NCBI RefSeq assembly: GCF_009914755.1
Contig: NC_060927.1
Source: the human T2T-CHM13v2.0 reference genome, Homo sapiens
Strand: one strand, 5' to 3'
Length of the DNA stretch: 64,000 nucleotides
The notes under the pieces were generated by a model, which was given only the letters and a program-made list of their open reading frames with translations, did no database searches and had not been told where the DNA came from. How positions within the stretch are numbered: position 1 is the stretch's first letter; each line of letters begins with the position of its first letter. Shown piece after piece: positions 12,504-27,141 of the stretch. Made by a program: the position numbers and the translations under genes.

Positions 12504-13919
12504 AGGAGACATTTGTGTTCTCTCCAAAATCAAGTCATATAAGCGTCTAATGGTCTGACTCTTCCTGTACCAGACCCTGGGCATCATTATATGTACAAAT
12601 GAAACTTCACTCTCATTATCATTGTTTATTTCTTGGCAGAAATGTTTCTGATACTCTATGATATGAATACGCATGGATTTCCCTCACTTCTGGGTATTAT
12701 ATGTAACCAATTGCATTTCGCGGTTGGCATTTCCACAAAGGTGTGAGTATCTGCTATTCCAGATTAAAATAGAAATCGTTGGCAATGGCAGATGCCATAT
12801 CTCAGCATTGCTGTTCTTGAAAACGGCTTGAAAATGACACCGATCATAATGATGGCACTGTCTTTATTAGCAGCCGTCAATAAAGATAAGGCTTTAGAAG
12901 AAAAAAAGGCAACTCTATTTCAGGCACAGCCAATATATTTGGGAGTTTTAAGAGATTTTTGAGTTTTTTGTTTGGGATATTTACAAGCAAATGTTCATGT
13001 ATTTTTAAGATATGCATAATATAAATAGCATTCTCAGATGCTGAGTGGCTCCAAAAGGCTCCTTTTTGTGTACTAGAAAGTGGCAAGAATAAGTTTGTTT
13101 CCTGCTTTGGCTAGACAGGAGATCCCACTTCCTTGGATTATACACAATGGCTTTTCTATAAAGCTTTTGTTTGACCCATACCTGCTTCTCTGGAATACAC
13201 AGCTTGGCTTCTCAAGAAGTAAGTTTATTTCTGTGTTGTAAATTCAAGGATTTTTCTAACTTGTTCTGTAAAATGCATCTGATGACATAGTGGAGAATTC
13301 ATGCATTTGATTAAAATTTAAAGATGTAAAGAATGCTTAAGGCATCATACAATGGCAAAAAACTGAAAACACTGCCCACAAGGGTAAACATATAGGCAAT
13401 AACAATTTTAACATCTATCACCTATATCTGCATGAATAATAGGCTATATTGCGTTATTTGTTATTGTTCACTAATTTGAGACATATACTATTTTCCATAA
13501 AGAAGATCTGAGTGAATGGATAAAGATAGCCAAAACAAGCCTGTTTAAATTTGACCTTGACCCCATTTTCTTCGTGACCTCTAGCAATTCTCAGAGGAGC
13601 AAACTTCAAAGGGTTTCAACAGTCTGCTCTTCCCATGCATACAAGTTTCTGCTTGTAATTGATTTGGGCTGAATAGATTTTGAACACAATTGATTTGCTT
13701 GAAATAACATTAAAGGACCAAGCACTGAGCAATTCAGGTGCAACTCATGCACACTTCTGAGTCAAGTTCAAATAAATTGGATTTGACCTTAACCACTGTC
13801 CCCTCAAAAAAAGGGCTGGCAGTCATCAGAATGAATGCCATCCAATCAAGTATAAAAACTGGTATGAGTGGTTTGGATCAGAAATTGATCTCCATACACA
13901 AGACCTTCTTTTGAAAACT

Positions 13920-14068
13920 TGTAATGAGCTTCTGTTTTCCTGTTTTACCAGCTGTAAACTGAGGAAAGAAACATTGACTGCTGCCTCCCAGTGGCAGTTG
14001 GAGGATTAATGAGCTAATATTTATAAAGTGCTTTGAAGATAAAGGTGCCAGCTATTATTATTACTAAT
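13920..14068 (+). mobile_element. Ancient CORE-SINE (MIR1_Amn/MIR3-like)
   Basis: ctgtaaactgagg...gaggattaatgagctaatatttataaagtgctttgaagat...tattattatt. Confidence 0.55.
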
Positions 14069-15382
14069 AAACCATTTTTTCTGCAGTGTAATTTTGGACA
14101 GCAGGCCTTAAAAACCCATTACTGTATTTAACAGTAAAACAATCTGCCACAGCCTAGTATTTACTGCCTCAATTAAGCATGCATTCCACTTCCTTTGCCC
14201 CTCCAAATTCAGAACTGGTGAGGAGAGACAGAAAGGAGTGTGTCATCATTTCCCAAGTTCATTGAAATATTAGGTTTGGGTTGTTTGATTGTCTCGGCAG
14301 AAAGCTAGACTATATCCTCAGTGGGAGACTAGTTGAGCTACACTTTTGTTTCTGTGCCTTATGAAGGGAGTGGAAGGCTTGGTTCTAGGCCTTTATTCAA
14401 CCAGATTTACATTGTGGTTTATTATCTTTGAAGATTGCATTCCAGTATCCGTTTTGGTTATTTGAATATGGTACCATTAATGAAACTGGTTTATTTGGGT
14501 GGTTTTATGTGTGTACCTGCGTGAGGGTGGGGTTCACAACTAACTCCTAAAACCGAAGTGGAAAATGGAGGTAATTCTGCAGCTATCCCATGTCCAAAAG
14601 TATTAAAAAATAAAACTGGAGACCTTGAATTATACAGGATAGTTTCTTAGTTAGTAATTACTGTTATCATTATATGATATTAAATCCTTTCAATCTGATT
14701 TATTTTGATCTATATAGATGTCCTAAAATATCAGATGGTACAGGGTAGTGTAAATATTTCTCACGTATTGCCAAAACAATGCTTATTTTCCTCTGATGCT
14801 ATTTCAGTACTGCAAATAAAAGTAAAAAAATATAAAGTTAATAAATGACTATAATGAGATGTCTCAGCTTTCAACAGCTACTTCAGGTATTCAAATGCTA
14901 GGCCAATATCTAAAAGTTGAACAAAAGAAGCCTCAAAGCAACCTAGATCTCTTTCTTGGCAAAAATTCACTAAAATGTAAACACTTGATTATGGAAAGAT
15001 CTTCCTAATTCAGTGACTATTTGCTCTTAATTTAGAACCATTCTAATATGCATAATTATATTATTTCAGCAGATGACAAAGTATAAACTGCAAGTTGGAG
15101 CAGATGAGGGAAATTTTGCAAATTCATTCTAAGACAAAATAAGTTACATTTAATATATTTCTTCCGCAAGAGAGAGGGATAGAAAGACTAGAAAAAGACA
15201 ACTCAGAAATGACTATATGGGTGATCTTGAGTCATTAAGAAATTATTTTAAAATAAAAAATAAATTGACATACCACCTATAGGAGTTCAGATCATTTATC
15301 TGAAAATCTTATGGAACCAATCCTTCCTAGTGGTCTAGTTGTTCAATAATGTTAAATACAAATTCTTAACAGAACCCTAATC

Positions 15383-15596
15383 TTTTTTTTGTCATTATTA
15401 TACTTCAAGTTTTAGGGTACATGTGCACAACGTGCAGGTTTGTTACATATGTATACATGTGCCATGTTGGTGTGCTGCACCCATTAACTCGTCGTTTACA
15501 TTAAGTACATCTCCTAATGTTAGCTCCCCTCCGCTGCCACCCCACGACAGGCCCCGTGTGTGATGTTCCCCACCCTGTGTCCAAGTGTTCTCATTG
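15383..15596 (-). mobile_element. 5'-truncated L1PA (PA4-6-like) 3' end with TSD
   Basis: L1 3'UTR gggtacatgtgcacaacgtgcagg...; TSD aacagaaccc[t/a]aatctttt at 15368 and 15597. Confidence 0.93.
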
Positions 15597-16059
15597 AACA
15601 GAACCCAAATCTTTTAAACGGTTTCTTTTACAAGCAATGCACTAATAATGATCCAAGGTAGGTGCCGTTGTTTACAGATAGGATTTTGTATTGCCCATTC
15701 CAAGTTTGCCACAGAGTATACTTTTTATTACTATCACTTAGGGAGACTGTTTGGTAAATACCATCACCATTCCATTGACTTTTGAAGTTGAGCTCATGCT
15801 ATTTTCATCATTTGTTTTGTTTAATTGTGTATGGGGAATTCACCATATGGCTTAAAACTGTTTAAGACCTCAATAGATATGTGTTTTGCATATGAGATTC
15901 TTGGGGTATCTGTAGGGATATACACAAGCTGTTTGTTATTAGGAAGAAAAGTACCTGAAAGCTTGTGTGTAGCTAAGGGGAGAAATGATGAAAAATATTC
16001 TGAATGTAGCAAAGTAACAATTTGTGTAAAATGTGAAGGCACATTTTTCCACTTACCTA

Positions 16060-16470
16060 TCACTGAATGACAAACTAACTCATACCTTTAAACAGTAACT
16101 TCAAACAACAGACATTTTATGAAATCTCATGAATTGTAGGTGAGGAATTTAGGCAGGGCTCCGCTGGGTGATTTCTTCTGCCCCATTTGGTGACAACTGA
16201 GGTAATATGGTGGTATCTCAGAGAGTGGCTGGGGTGGGCTGGTGGCCCCAGGATGGCTTCCCTCACATGACCCATGCAATGGCAAGGAGGGCTGAGCTCA
16301 GCTGGGCCCCTCTTTCTGTCCAAGTAGTCACAGGGCCTCTCTCCTGGTCCTTCCAGAAATGTCACTGGACTTTTCACACAGTGACTCAGGGCTTTAAAAA
16401 TCTAACTTGGAAACTTAAAGGCTAGTCCTCAGACCGTTCAGATTCAAAGGAAACTCTCATCCAACTTCTA
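16060..16470 (-). mobile_element. MLT1 (G/H-like) LTR
   Basis: aggaatttaggcagggctccgctgggtgatttcttctg...gatggcttccctcacatg. Confidence 0.75.
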
Positions 16471-18259
16471 GCAGACAAGGTAGCAAGAAATACAAATTAA
16501 GAAAGACATGCTAATTAACAGAATTATTAAACCCATTGTGATACACCATTCACTCACCATGTGACTGCTTACAAAGAGGGAAAAAATATGGAGCCCTCTG
16601 TTCCAAGGGAACACTCCTTTCCCCCTCCCGACACTTCCTAGAGATCTTAGACCCACATGACTGTGAGAAAGAAGAGTGATGTGAGAGTGAACTTTGGCAA
16701 GGCTGAAGTGCCCTGGTTTTGTCTGGAGCGAGAATAAAAGTGAGAGGAAGGAGGCGTCCAGTTGGCTGAGAATACTGTTGGCTAAGATTCTTTAGCAGGG
16801 TGGGCTTTTCGGATGCTTTTCTCCTCTGATCTATTTAGGTTTATCCTTACTCTTTTCCATTTATCTGGGAAGTGACTTGGGTTTAAGAGAACCAGGAGTA
16901 TCTTAGCAGAGTCAAAAGGGCCACGGTGAACCCCAAATGTCAGGAAACAAGGAACTGACTAGATTACTCAAGGCTTCACTCTTGAGGAGGGAGAGAAAAG
17001 AGCTCCTGCATTTCCTTCTATTTATTGATTACAGCCACAAATGGAAAAGGAAGCAGGCTTTCTGCCCTGAAATAATGATGATACATCGGGCTGCAGAGCT
17101 CCTATACCTATAACTCTCAAAAGCAAATGGAAAGGAGACTAGCGTGTGGCTAGTACCATTATTCTCACATCTTCCTGCAGTGTTATGAGAGCACAGAGTA
17201 GGATGCAGGGTGAGGATAGACAGCAGTAGAGCTTTCTTGAGCTGCTTATTCCTCTCCAAATTCTCTCTGAAAGTGGATGAAGAACTGCTGCCATGTCTGG
17301 TGTGGGTTCAATTTGTGCTCTCATTGCTTCTACTTCTCTGTTTCTCCAGATCCTACCATCACGTTCTTCCTTCTGTGGCTTAGCCATTTTTCTCTCCACG
17401 CTTAGGAACCATACATACTATCATTCTTCTACCTCTGAAGCATTATCCCATCCTTCTGACAAACATGAGTAGATGTTTTCCCCTCACAGTCTTGCCAAAA
17501 AGCACTTATAAAGTATTGCACCGTAGTTTTCATATTTCAAAAACACTTCAACAGGCAAAATGCGATATACACAACCCCAAAATGCTGTGCTATGATGAAT
17601 TTAGTTCTGTATTGGTAATACTATAAATTGCTTTTGAATGAAAGATACAATGTCTATATATTATTTAATTTGATACTTGCAGTAACTAGCTATTTAAGCA
17701 AGATAGGTATCAGTCCTCTTTAGCGAAGTTCAGTGGAACCAATGGAACAAACGTGTGGGAGTGGAACTGGAACTCGGATGTCTGATTTTGTCTTAAGTTA
17801 TTTTAATGACAAGTCATTTAGCCACCGATAAAAAGTTACTTATTCAGAAAATTCAATCTTCTGGACAAGTTTTATTTTTACATGACATAACCTAAAATGT
17901 TATATATGTTAAATTCTGCCGTTTTAGATTTCAGGAAAACAAATGCAGAGTGGTAGAGGCTGGTGGTGAGAATGAGCTGAGAAGGGTGGTAATAAACTGA
18001 GGTTTCTACAACGAGTTTGCATTAAAAAAAACTTGTTGGGGGTTCTGGAACCCAATCAATTCTCAGATGTTTCCATAGTCTATTTTTATATAGCATAATA
18101 CATTTTTATTATGATCAGGCAATAAAGCAAGACTGTTCACCAGTCTTGCTTTAGCCATTTACCATTTCCTATACTCTATGTATGTCCTTTGTCTGCTTTT
18201 ACACTACCATAAAGCCTGCTTCAACTTTCCCCTCAATACACTGAGATTTATTTCTTCAC

Positions 18260-18750
18260 TCACCATTCTGGAAAATTCCTTGTTCAGCCTTCTAATCACT
18301 AGACACCTGCAACCTTTCCTTCACTGGATTTCTGCCTCGAACAGTCACTCTTCTCCACTAAGATCTACATGTCACCGCTAAAATCCCCTTTCTTGCTTGT
18401 CACTTTGACCATGATGTCACTTACTTCCTGAAAATTTCCCCTGGCTCCCTACTGCTTTGCAGGCCAAGTAACTGTCACATTTCGTTTCCACTTTCAGCTG
18501 GAGTCAGCCTTCATTATTCCCCTCTCCGTCCCTGTATCCTTAGAGACCCTCTCCTTTGACTCAACAGCTCACTGCTCTTGTCTTCTCAAAGCTCCTGTCT
18601 TTTCACACACAGTTCCTGCTGTCTTTTCTTCTTAAAACAACCAGCCATTCGACAGTCTCCAATTCTCTGAGAAGACATTCCCCTAAACTCACCATCTTCA
18701 ATACTTGTGTCATATCTTTGTGCCAAATTCTAATTCACTTAAGATTTTAA
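18260..18750 (+). mobile_element. L2 fragment
   Basis: Pyrimidine-rich; tgaccatgatgtcact...tggctccctactgc...agaagacattcccta. Confidence 0.55.
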
Positions 18751-19194
18751 CTGGCTTACTAACAAAATATACTAACTTAAAATGAAGGTTTTATTTATTA
18801 CCTTAAATGAAACACCAGTGTCAACGGCAAACAATGAAAAGTAAGAGCAAACGTTACTATGATGAAAGCAACTTGAAGTCATTGCATTTTAGGTAGATAT
18901 TTGTGCCTGCCCCAGACTCTGGGCTTGAACCCTGCTCTGTCTTATAAAATAGGGAGATTAGAAAAGTTAAATTGTTATTAATGTTCTATTAACACCTACT
19001 TGAGACTTTCAACTTTTTATAGTAAGAAGAATTGAAAAATAATTCACAGAGAATTGATTCCCATGATGCGTTCACCTATGTCCTGCTCAGAACACATCTA
19101 GGATCATTTCAGCGCTGATAGACTGTTCAAGGAGATGCAGCCTAACTCAAGAAAAATTCATCATGCTCCTCCTCTTTCCTTCTCCAGTTTTGTT

Positions 19195-19560
19195 CCCACA
19201 TATGAACATTAAATGAAAATTTATGAAGTTCCTGCTGAGTGAAAATCACTGCTGGATAGGTGAATTCCAAGATGAAATAGATAGACTTTCTGGCCTGAAG
19301 TTGCTTACTGTTACCACTGAATATATGCCCATAAAATATTAAAATAGACCTAAATGCCTTTTCTGAGGTCTGGAACTCTCAAAGTGTTGTGAGCCTCCAA
19401 TCTAATTAAAGAACTCACTCAAGTATAATGCAAAATAGAGGATGAAAAATGCCATACGAATGTATAGATAATGTTTTATGGGAGATTAGAATAGAGAAAG
19501 ATTATTTCCAGCTTGTGCACTGTTAAAAGTCATTAGGAAAGAGGTAGAATTTGGAAAGCA
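19195..19560 (-). mobile_element. L2 fragment(s)
   Basis: aaatttatgaagttcctgctgagtg...caagatgaaatagatagactttctggcctgaagttgctta. Confidence 0.5.
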
Positions 19561-20774
19561 AAGAAGAGATTGCATTGCAAAGAAGACATTCAATTGCAAT
19601 GATTATTTCTCTGAAGCAAAATAAGTGTTCAAGCCCAATTTAATGAGCAATTAATTTTTAGCAATATTTTCCACATGTTCATAATCTAGTACCATTTGAA
19701 AAAACTTTCTGATGTGAAAAAAATGTGATTTAAATACCTGTCTCAAGTTCTGAAAGGCTTCCTCACATATTATAAAACAGGAGCCCTCCCTAATTTGAGT
19801 CAGGTTAGAGAAAGCCAAACATAGGTGGAATATGGATACCTTTACTACAACTACATTTGGGGAGTCAACCTAATGCTTGCTTAATCGCTTCACAGAAAGA
19901 TTGAGGAAGGCAGTGATATCCAGTATCATCATAGGGCTCTTTGGTGCCAATAATCTATTGAGGTGCTTTTCGATTGTGAGACGACCAAGAAATTAGCTGA
20001 TCCCAGCAGAAAAACAGAGCTCCTTCCTTACTTTTCAGCTGCGTTAATTTCTTCTCTACGTTTCAGAGTACTGCTAATTCCATCCACTGATCCCTTCTAG
20101 GGCCTGGTTTTCAGTCCTAGGCACTCAGGTAAGGCTATTCTCTAGACACAATATGCATGTGAAACAAAAAAAGAGAAAAGTAATAATGACTTCAAATATT
20201 AGGATCTGACTATGAAATATCAGATCTTTTAACTCTTGTATTCATGTAACCTTCCTACATTTTTCAAGTGAAAATATTTCCTACATTTTTTAAGAGACAT
20301 CAGTGTTACGTGCTACGTTATCAATATTATTTTCTTATTGGCCATGGAAATGCTTAAATAATTGACTTGACTTGTTAAATCTATTTTATACATTGCATTT
20401 TAATTACATTTATAATTTTAAGAAACTTCACTTTTTAGAAAGATATAGACATGAATACCCTTGGTATTAATTAGTAGTAGATGTCCTTACTTCTGATAGC
20501 CCTTACATAATGTATCCCTCTCTATGAGTGCTGTAGATTTTTCACTTATATCTACAAATACAGAAGATATAACTTATTAAAAGTTCAATAGGAATAAGTC
20601 CTCATGTTATGAGAGAGTATAAAGCAATAGTTAGAGTGATGTGAAATATTATAACTCTGTCTTCTGGAATTATTCCTTGAAAAGATTAATTATGTATGCC
20701 TAATGAGATAACAGTGACAAGGTATAATTTAGAGATTATAAAGCTGAGAATTGAAATGCCTAGCATGTGCACGT

Positions 20775-20802
20775 GCACACACACACACACACACACACAC
20801 AC
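20775..20802. repeat. (CA)n microsatellite
   Basis: Seen directly. Confidence 0.95.
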
Positions 20803-20901
20803 GTAACTGCTCTTTTGCAAATCTTCATCACATCAATTGTGTTGAATCCATTCTCTTAGGCTATACATTCTCATGCTAGCAAAATGAAAACTTGAAAGTA
20901 A

Positions 20902-21500
20902 TATGTTGAAGAGATACTATGTTGAAGAGATTCCCATGTTGATTGCAGCATTATTTACAATAGCCAAGATATAGAATCAACCTAAGTGTCCATCAACAGA
21001 TGAATAAAGAAAATGTGGTGTATATATACACAATTGAATAGTACTCAGCCATAATAAGAATGAAATCCTGTCATTGTGGTAACATGGATGAATCTAGAGG
21101 ACAATATGCTAAGTGAAATAAGCAAGGCACAGAAAGACTAATATCCCACGTTCTCACTCATTTGTGGAGTCTGAAAAAGCTGATGTCACAAAAGTACAGA
21201 GTTATTAGTGACTCCGGAATGTATCAAGGAGGGGAGGATAGGAAGAGATTGGTCAATGACATAAAATTACAATTAGACAGGAGAAATAAGTTCTGGTGTT
21301 CTATAGCATAGTTGGGTGACTATAGTAAACAGTATTATAGTTTGTATTTCCAAATAACTAGAAGAGAGGATCCTGAGTTCTCACCACAAAGAAATAATGT
21401 TTCAGGAGACGGATATGCGAAAGCCAATGTACACATGTATCCAATCATTATGATGTACTCCATAGATGTGTGTACTTATTGTGTATCAATTAAAAACACA
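20902..21500 (+). mobile_element. L1MA (MA7/8-like) 3' end
   Basis: cccatgttgattgcagcattatttacaatagccaag...aataagttctggtgttctatagc; 14-bp direct repeat tatgttgaagagat at its 5' edge. Confidence 0.9.
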
Positions 21501-23131
21501 ATTCAAAAATTGTCATGGGTTTGCTCTTTTTTTTTGCATTACAAAGTGACATCTATTTCTTGACTACATGCTAGGTGATTAATTATAAAATGGCTCTGTG
21601 CATTGAAGCATCTCTTTCAAGAGCTTTACAACCTGACTTTTGGGAAAGATACATTGTATCTTTTGAATGATTCAATAGTGAAATTTATTTCTGAGTTTAC
21701 CATTTTGTGATTTCTGAATTTTTTCACTTTCAGCATTTCCACTAGTGTTTTATTTACTGGTTCCACAAATCAGTCAGTTTCATCAAATTTGCCAACTGCA
21801 AGCCTAAACCATTGGAAATTGGCATAATGAATGTTCTGAGTGAGAATATATATGTTATTAGGAATATTTTAAATATAAGAAAATGTGATACAAACCTGGC
21901 TGCCAAAATATGGCAAAAATGTAAACAAAAATTGATGTGTAAAAAATACCACTGTATTTAAAAGGGATAAAACTAATCAGATAGTATTTTAAAGCTGATG
22001 TCTTGATGGCACAATTTTAAATTGAAGTGCTATGGGGGATATTGTCTTACTGGTATTTGCAGTTTGGGCTCAAAAAACCAGAAACTATATCTTTAAGGGT
22101 GTTTAACAGAATAATTCTAAATATTATAGTTTTCTCTTTCCTTTTTGTTGTCCTGTGATTTTAACTTTGACATTCTTATGTGACAATTGAAAAAGTCTCT
22201 TCACTTTTGTGTATTCTTTCTAATGTGATCAGGAGAATTAAAATGAACATTTTCTTTCATAAAGCTGAGAGTTAATTCTGAAACGTTGTACCAGAATACT
22301 TTTATGAATGAAAGACTAGCCTTTGAACCCTAGGAGAGTCAACTCTACACCAACCCTGTCTATTAAAAAAAGTCTGTGCTTACAGATGTCTTGTGTGAGA
22401 TGTGGCTTTACCAAAAGTATCTGAACTTCAAATTTCTCCTATCACTGCCAACTACCCATGGGTATTGGCAATATATTTGGTAGACTTATTTCTTCTGTAG
22501 GCATATGATGCCATGGCCAAAGTGAACTCTACATTTTTAAGAGAGGCTGCTAAATATGGCCAATCACAACAGAAAACTAGCATTTCTCCAATTTGGCAGT
22601 GGTTTCTGGATGGCACACCCAGACTTACTTCCTTAAGCAATGCTGATATATGGAAATGCCATGATAGAGGCTCAGAAGCTAACACTGAATTCAGCAGTGC
22701 AGAAAAACTCCAAATCATGTGGTTCTTCTTTGTCAATATTTTCACTAAGGCAGCATAAGATATTAAATCACCTGGAATTAGTTATGTGCCATTTCAGCAA
22801 CCTTTTGTGCTCAGTCTGCTACAAGCTGCTTGTGCTGATTAGCAGTTTAAAAGTCTGCAGGGGAAGGAAATTTTCAGTAGCTTGATTTTCCCCCACCCTT
22901 TGGTCCTGTGTGCATTGGGGAAGAAATTACCTTCTGTGCAATTCCTGAATAATTTGGTTTGATTATTAATAGATTCATGCTGAAAAAAGAACAATAACAG
23001 AAAAAAAATTACCCATGGGGTTGCAGCTGTGCTCCCAGATACAAAACAGGGAAAGAAAACAGGTCTCTCCAAGCAAAGGGTATATGTGTATACGTGTGTG
23101 TGCATGTGTAGCTCTGATTCTAAGAAGCCAT

Positions 23132-23770
23132 TGGTTCATTTATTCATGCATCAAATATTTATTGAGCTGCGAACAAATCCCAGGCACTGTGAGGAAGACA
23201 GATTTCCTGCCCTCCCAGAGTTGCCATTACTAAGAATGTTAGCCAATAAATAAATCTTTACGGGAAAGAAACAAAGGACTGTGATAGAAAAAAATGGGAG
23301 GAGAAACTTACTTTAGAAAGGATTATCTGAGAAGGTGCCTTTCACGCTGAGCCAGAAAGGGAAGAAGGCAAACAGGAAAAGAGCCAGAAGAGCAGAGTTC
23401 CCAGCAGAGGGGAAGCAAGTGGAGAGGCGGTGTGGAGGAATCAATTTGGCCCCATCTGGAATGGACAGAAGGCTAGAACCTGCAGTGCAGTGAGTGTGGG
23501 AGAAACCAGCTGGCACAAGGTGAGCTTAGGGCAGATCACATAAGGCCTTGTAGGTCATGGACAACAATATGGATTTAAGTGCAGTATAGGAACTTCAAAG
23601 GAATTCCAACAGTTAAGCTAGTTGATGTAATTTGTGTCTATATGTATATATATTTATATATACAAACAAAACAAACCTTGGCTGTTGCATGCAGAGTAGA
23701 TTGCAATGGAGAGGAGGACCAGTTGGTATTCCGCAAGGGAGATAAGAACAGCTTAGGCTTGAATGAGGAT
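23132..23770 (-). mobile_element. L2 (a/b)
   Basis: ttcatttattcatgcatcaaatatttattgag...gcagatcacataaggccttgtagg. Confidence 0.8.
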
Positions 23771-24611
23771 GTGATAAAGGGGATTTTATGAGCAAGGCTG
23801 TTTTATTATTTTATTTATTGTACTTCTATTAAGATGATATGGGTGCTTTGGGGGCTGTTGTAAATTATAACCCACAGCCCCTGCACAGGAAACCTCCACA
23901 GGAAACAATCAAAGAATAAGTGGTTGTGAGATGACAAGGTTTACGATACGTGTTTTCAGGCTTCTTAATAGCAGAGTGATTGGGTGATTTCCAAAAGACC
24001 TCAGGGCTGGGATGGGTGAAATTTTGTGAGCTTCTGGATTGGATGAGGGTGTGCTCTTGCAGAAAGAATTCCTGAATACTTTCTGCACTGACAGAACCTG
24101 CTTATTAATTCTTACAGCAGTTATGTTTTAGAAGATGAAAGACCCTTTCCATTCAATTATTGATCATAAGCATGATGTGTGTTGATTAAAATGGCATGAT
24201 AATGGTATCAAATGGAGTTTGGATATCTTTTTCCTTAATATACTTTTGTGTATCATATTTAAGTTTCCTCAAGTCAGTAGAGAAGATGTTACCCACATCC
24301 TCTTTTCCAAAGAAGGAATCATTTGATCATTGAAAGGTTTACTGAATAGAAAATAAATTATGTTGACTTTAGCACAAATTCCTGCCCTAAGTTTTAGCCC
24401 ATATATTGATGATGTCAAGTGCTGCTAAATGTGTTCTTCTTCTATAAAAATTAAAGTTTAAGCTTTGGATGCTAACTTTCAAATCTATGTGAAATGATAT
24501 GATTTATTGTGATATAAAGAATGACATAAAGAACAAAATAATACTTTTTTAAATTTATGAGGAAAAAGACAACAGAAAGGAAAAATGGGCAAAGAAAGAG
24601 AACACGTTTCA

Positions 24612-25670
<1,059 letters not shown>

Positions 25671-26140
25671 AAAGAGAACACATTTCAGAAAAAAACTCAA
25701 ATGGCCAAAATACATACTAAGATAGACAACCTCATGAATAGTCAGGGGAATGCACATTGAAATCACAGTGAAACAATTGTTCATCTACATCATTGAATAA
25801 TACTTAGTATCTAAAAGGGATGGACTACTGATATATGCAACAAAATAAATGACTCTTAAAAGCATTATGCTAGGTGAAAGAAAGTTACATACTGTGGGAT
25901 TTCATTTATACGATATTTTGGAAAAGGTGAAATTGAAGGGATAGCAATAGAATCATTGTTTTTAAAGACTGGGGAGGGTGGTTGACGACTGACATGATGG
26001 GAATACTGTGTGCTGATTGTGGTGGTATTAATACCCCATCTACCTTTGTCAATATTCATTGAATTGTACCTTTACAAATTTGGTTATTGTGATGTATGTA
26101 AATTAAACCTTCAATGATCTGATTTTAAACATTACAGTGA

Positions 26141-26517
26141 AGTCAGGAGTGGTGGTATGCACCTGTAGTTCCAGCTACTCAGGAGGCTGAGGTGGAAGGA
26201 TCTCTTGAGCCTGGAAATTCGAGGCTGTAGCATGGGTGTCCAACCTTTTGACTACCCTGGGCCACATTGGAAGAAGAAGAATTGTCTTGAGCCACACATA
26301 AAATACACTAACACTAACGATAGCTGATGAGTTGTTTTTTTTTTAAAAAAAGGTCCATGCATAATTTTTGTGATATCTGTCATGCCACCACAGATATCAA
26401 AGAAGTCCTCACATTCAAAGGATTTTACACCTATGCATGTAGAATGCTATAATTGCACCTGTGAGTAGCCACTGCACTCCAGCTTGGGCAACATAGTGAG
26501 ATCCCATCACAAAAAAG
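26141..26517 (+). mobile_element. FAM-type fossil Alu monomer split by MER30
   Basis: 5' part to gaggctgtag (26230); 3' part atgctataattgcacctgtgagtagccactgcactccagc retains the 7SL/FAM-specific segment. Confidence 0.8.
26231..26435. mobile_element. MER30(B) hAT MITE
   Basis: TIR ends catgggtg / cacctatg; ccctgggccacattggaagaagaagaattgtcttg; degenerate TSD ending tgtag. Confidence 0.88.
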
Positions 26518-26699
26518 ACTCACAATGAGAAAATGTTATCATTTATTAGACTACAACAATGAAAATATGTAGTACAGAATCTTGTGAAGGTGTTAGGAAA
26601 TGAGAACGCTCATGCTCTGTTGGTGTGAGTGGACAGTGGCATAACCTCCTTTTAGAGGAGGAATTTCACATCAGCTAGTAAAGTTGAACATGTTTTAAC

Positions 26700-27141
26700 C
26701 CACACCTTCGAAAGTCTGATAAACATTTACAATCAATTGTCTCTGAAGCCTACTACCTGGAGGCCTCATCTGGATAGAACCTTGGTCTCCACAACCATCC
26801 TTATCTTAACCAAGACACTCCCTTCTATCGATTCCAGGTCTTTAGATAAACTCCTTGGACTAGTTGCCAATTAGAAAATCTTTGAATCCACCTATGACCT
26901 GAAATCCCACACTCACCCACTTTGAGTTGTCTCACCTTTCCAGAATGAACCAATGTACATGTTTCATGCATTTATTGATGTCTTATTTCTCCTTAAAATG
27001 GATAAAACCAAGCTGTAGCCCGACCACCTTGGGCACGTGTTCTCAGGATCTCCTGAAGCTGTGTCATGGGCCATGGTCACTCGTGTGGCTCGGAATAAAT
27101 CTCATCAAATATTTTACAGAATTTGACTCTTTTCATTGACA
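26700..27141 (+). mobile_element. MER4-family LTR (ERV1), 3' part
   Basis: aaaaccaagctgtagcccgaccaccttgggcac...aataaatctc...tttgactcttttcattgaca. Confidence 0.88.

Noticed and set aside
22513-22758. 81-aa ORF with good Kozak context (gccATGG)
   Set aside because: No promoter or splice context and no recognisable homology; length is within chance expectation.
23830-24120. Possible old LTR fragment
   Set aside because: Could not assign a family or termini by eye.
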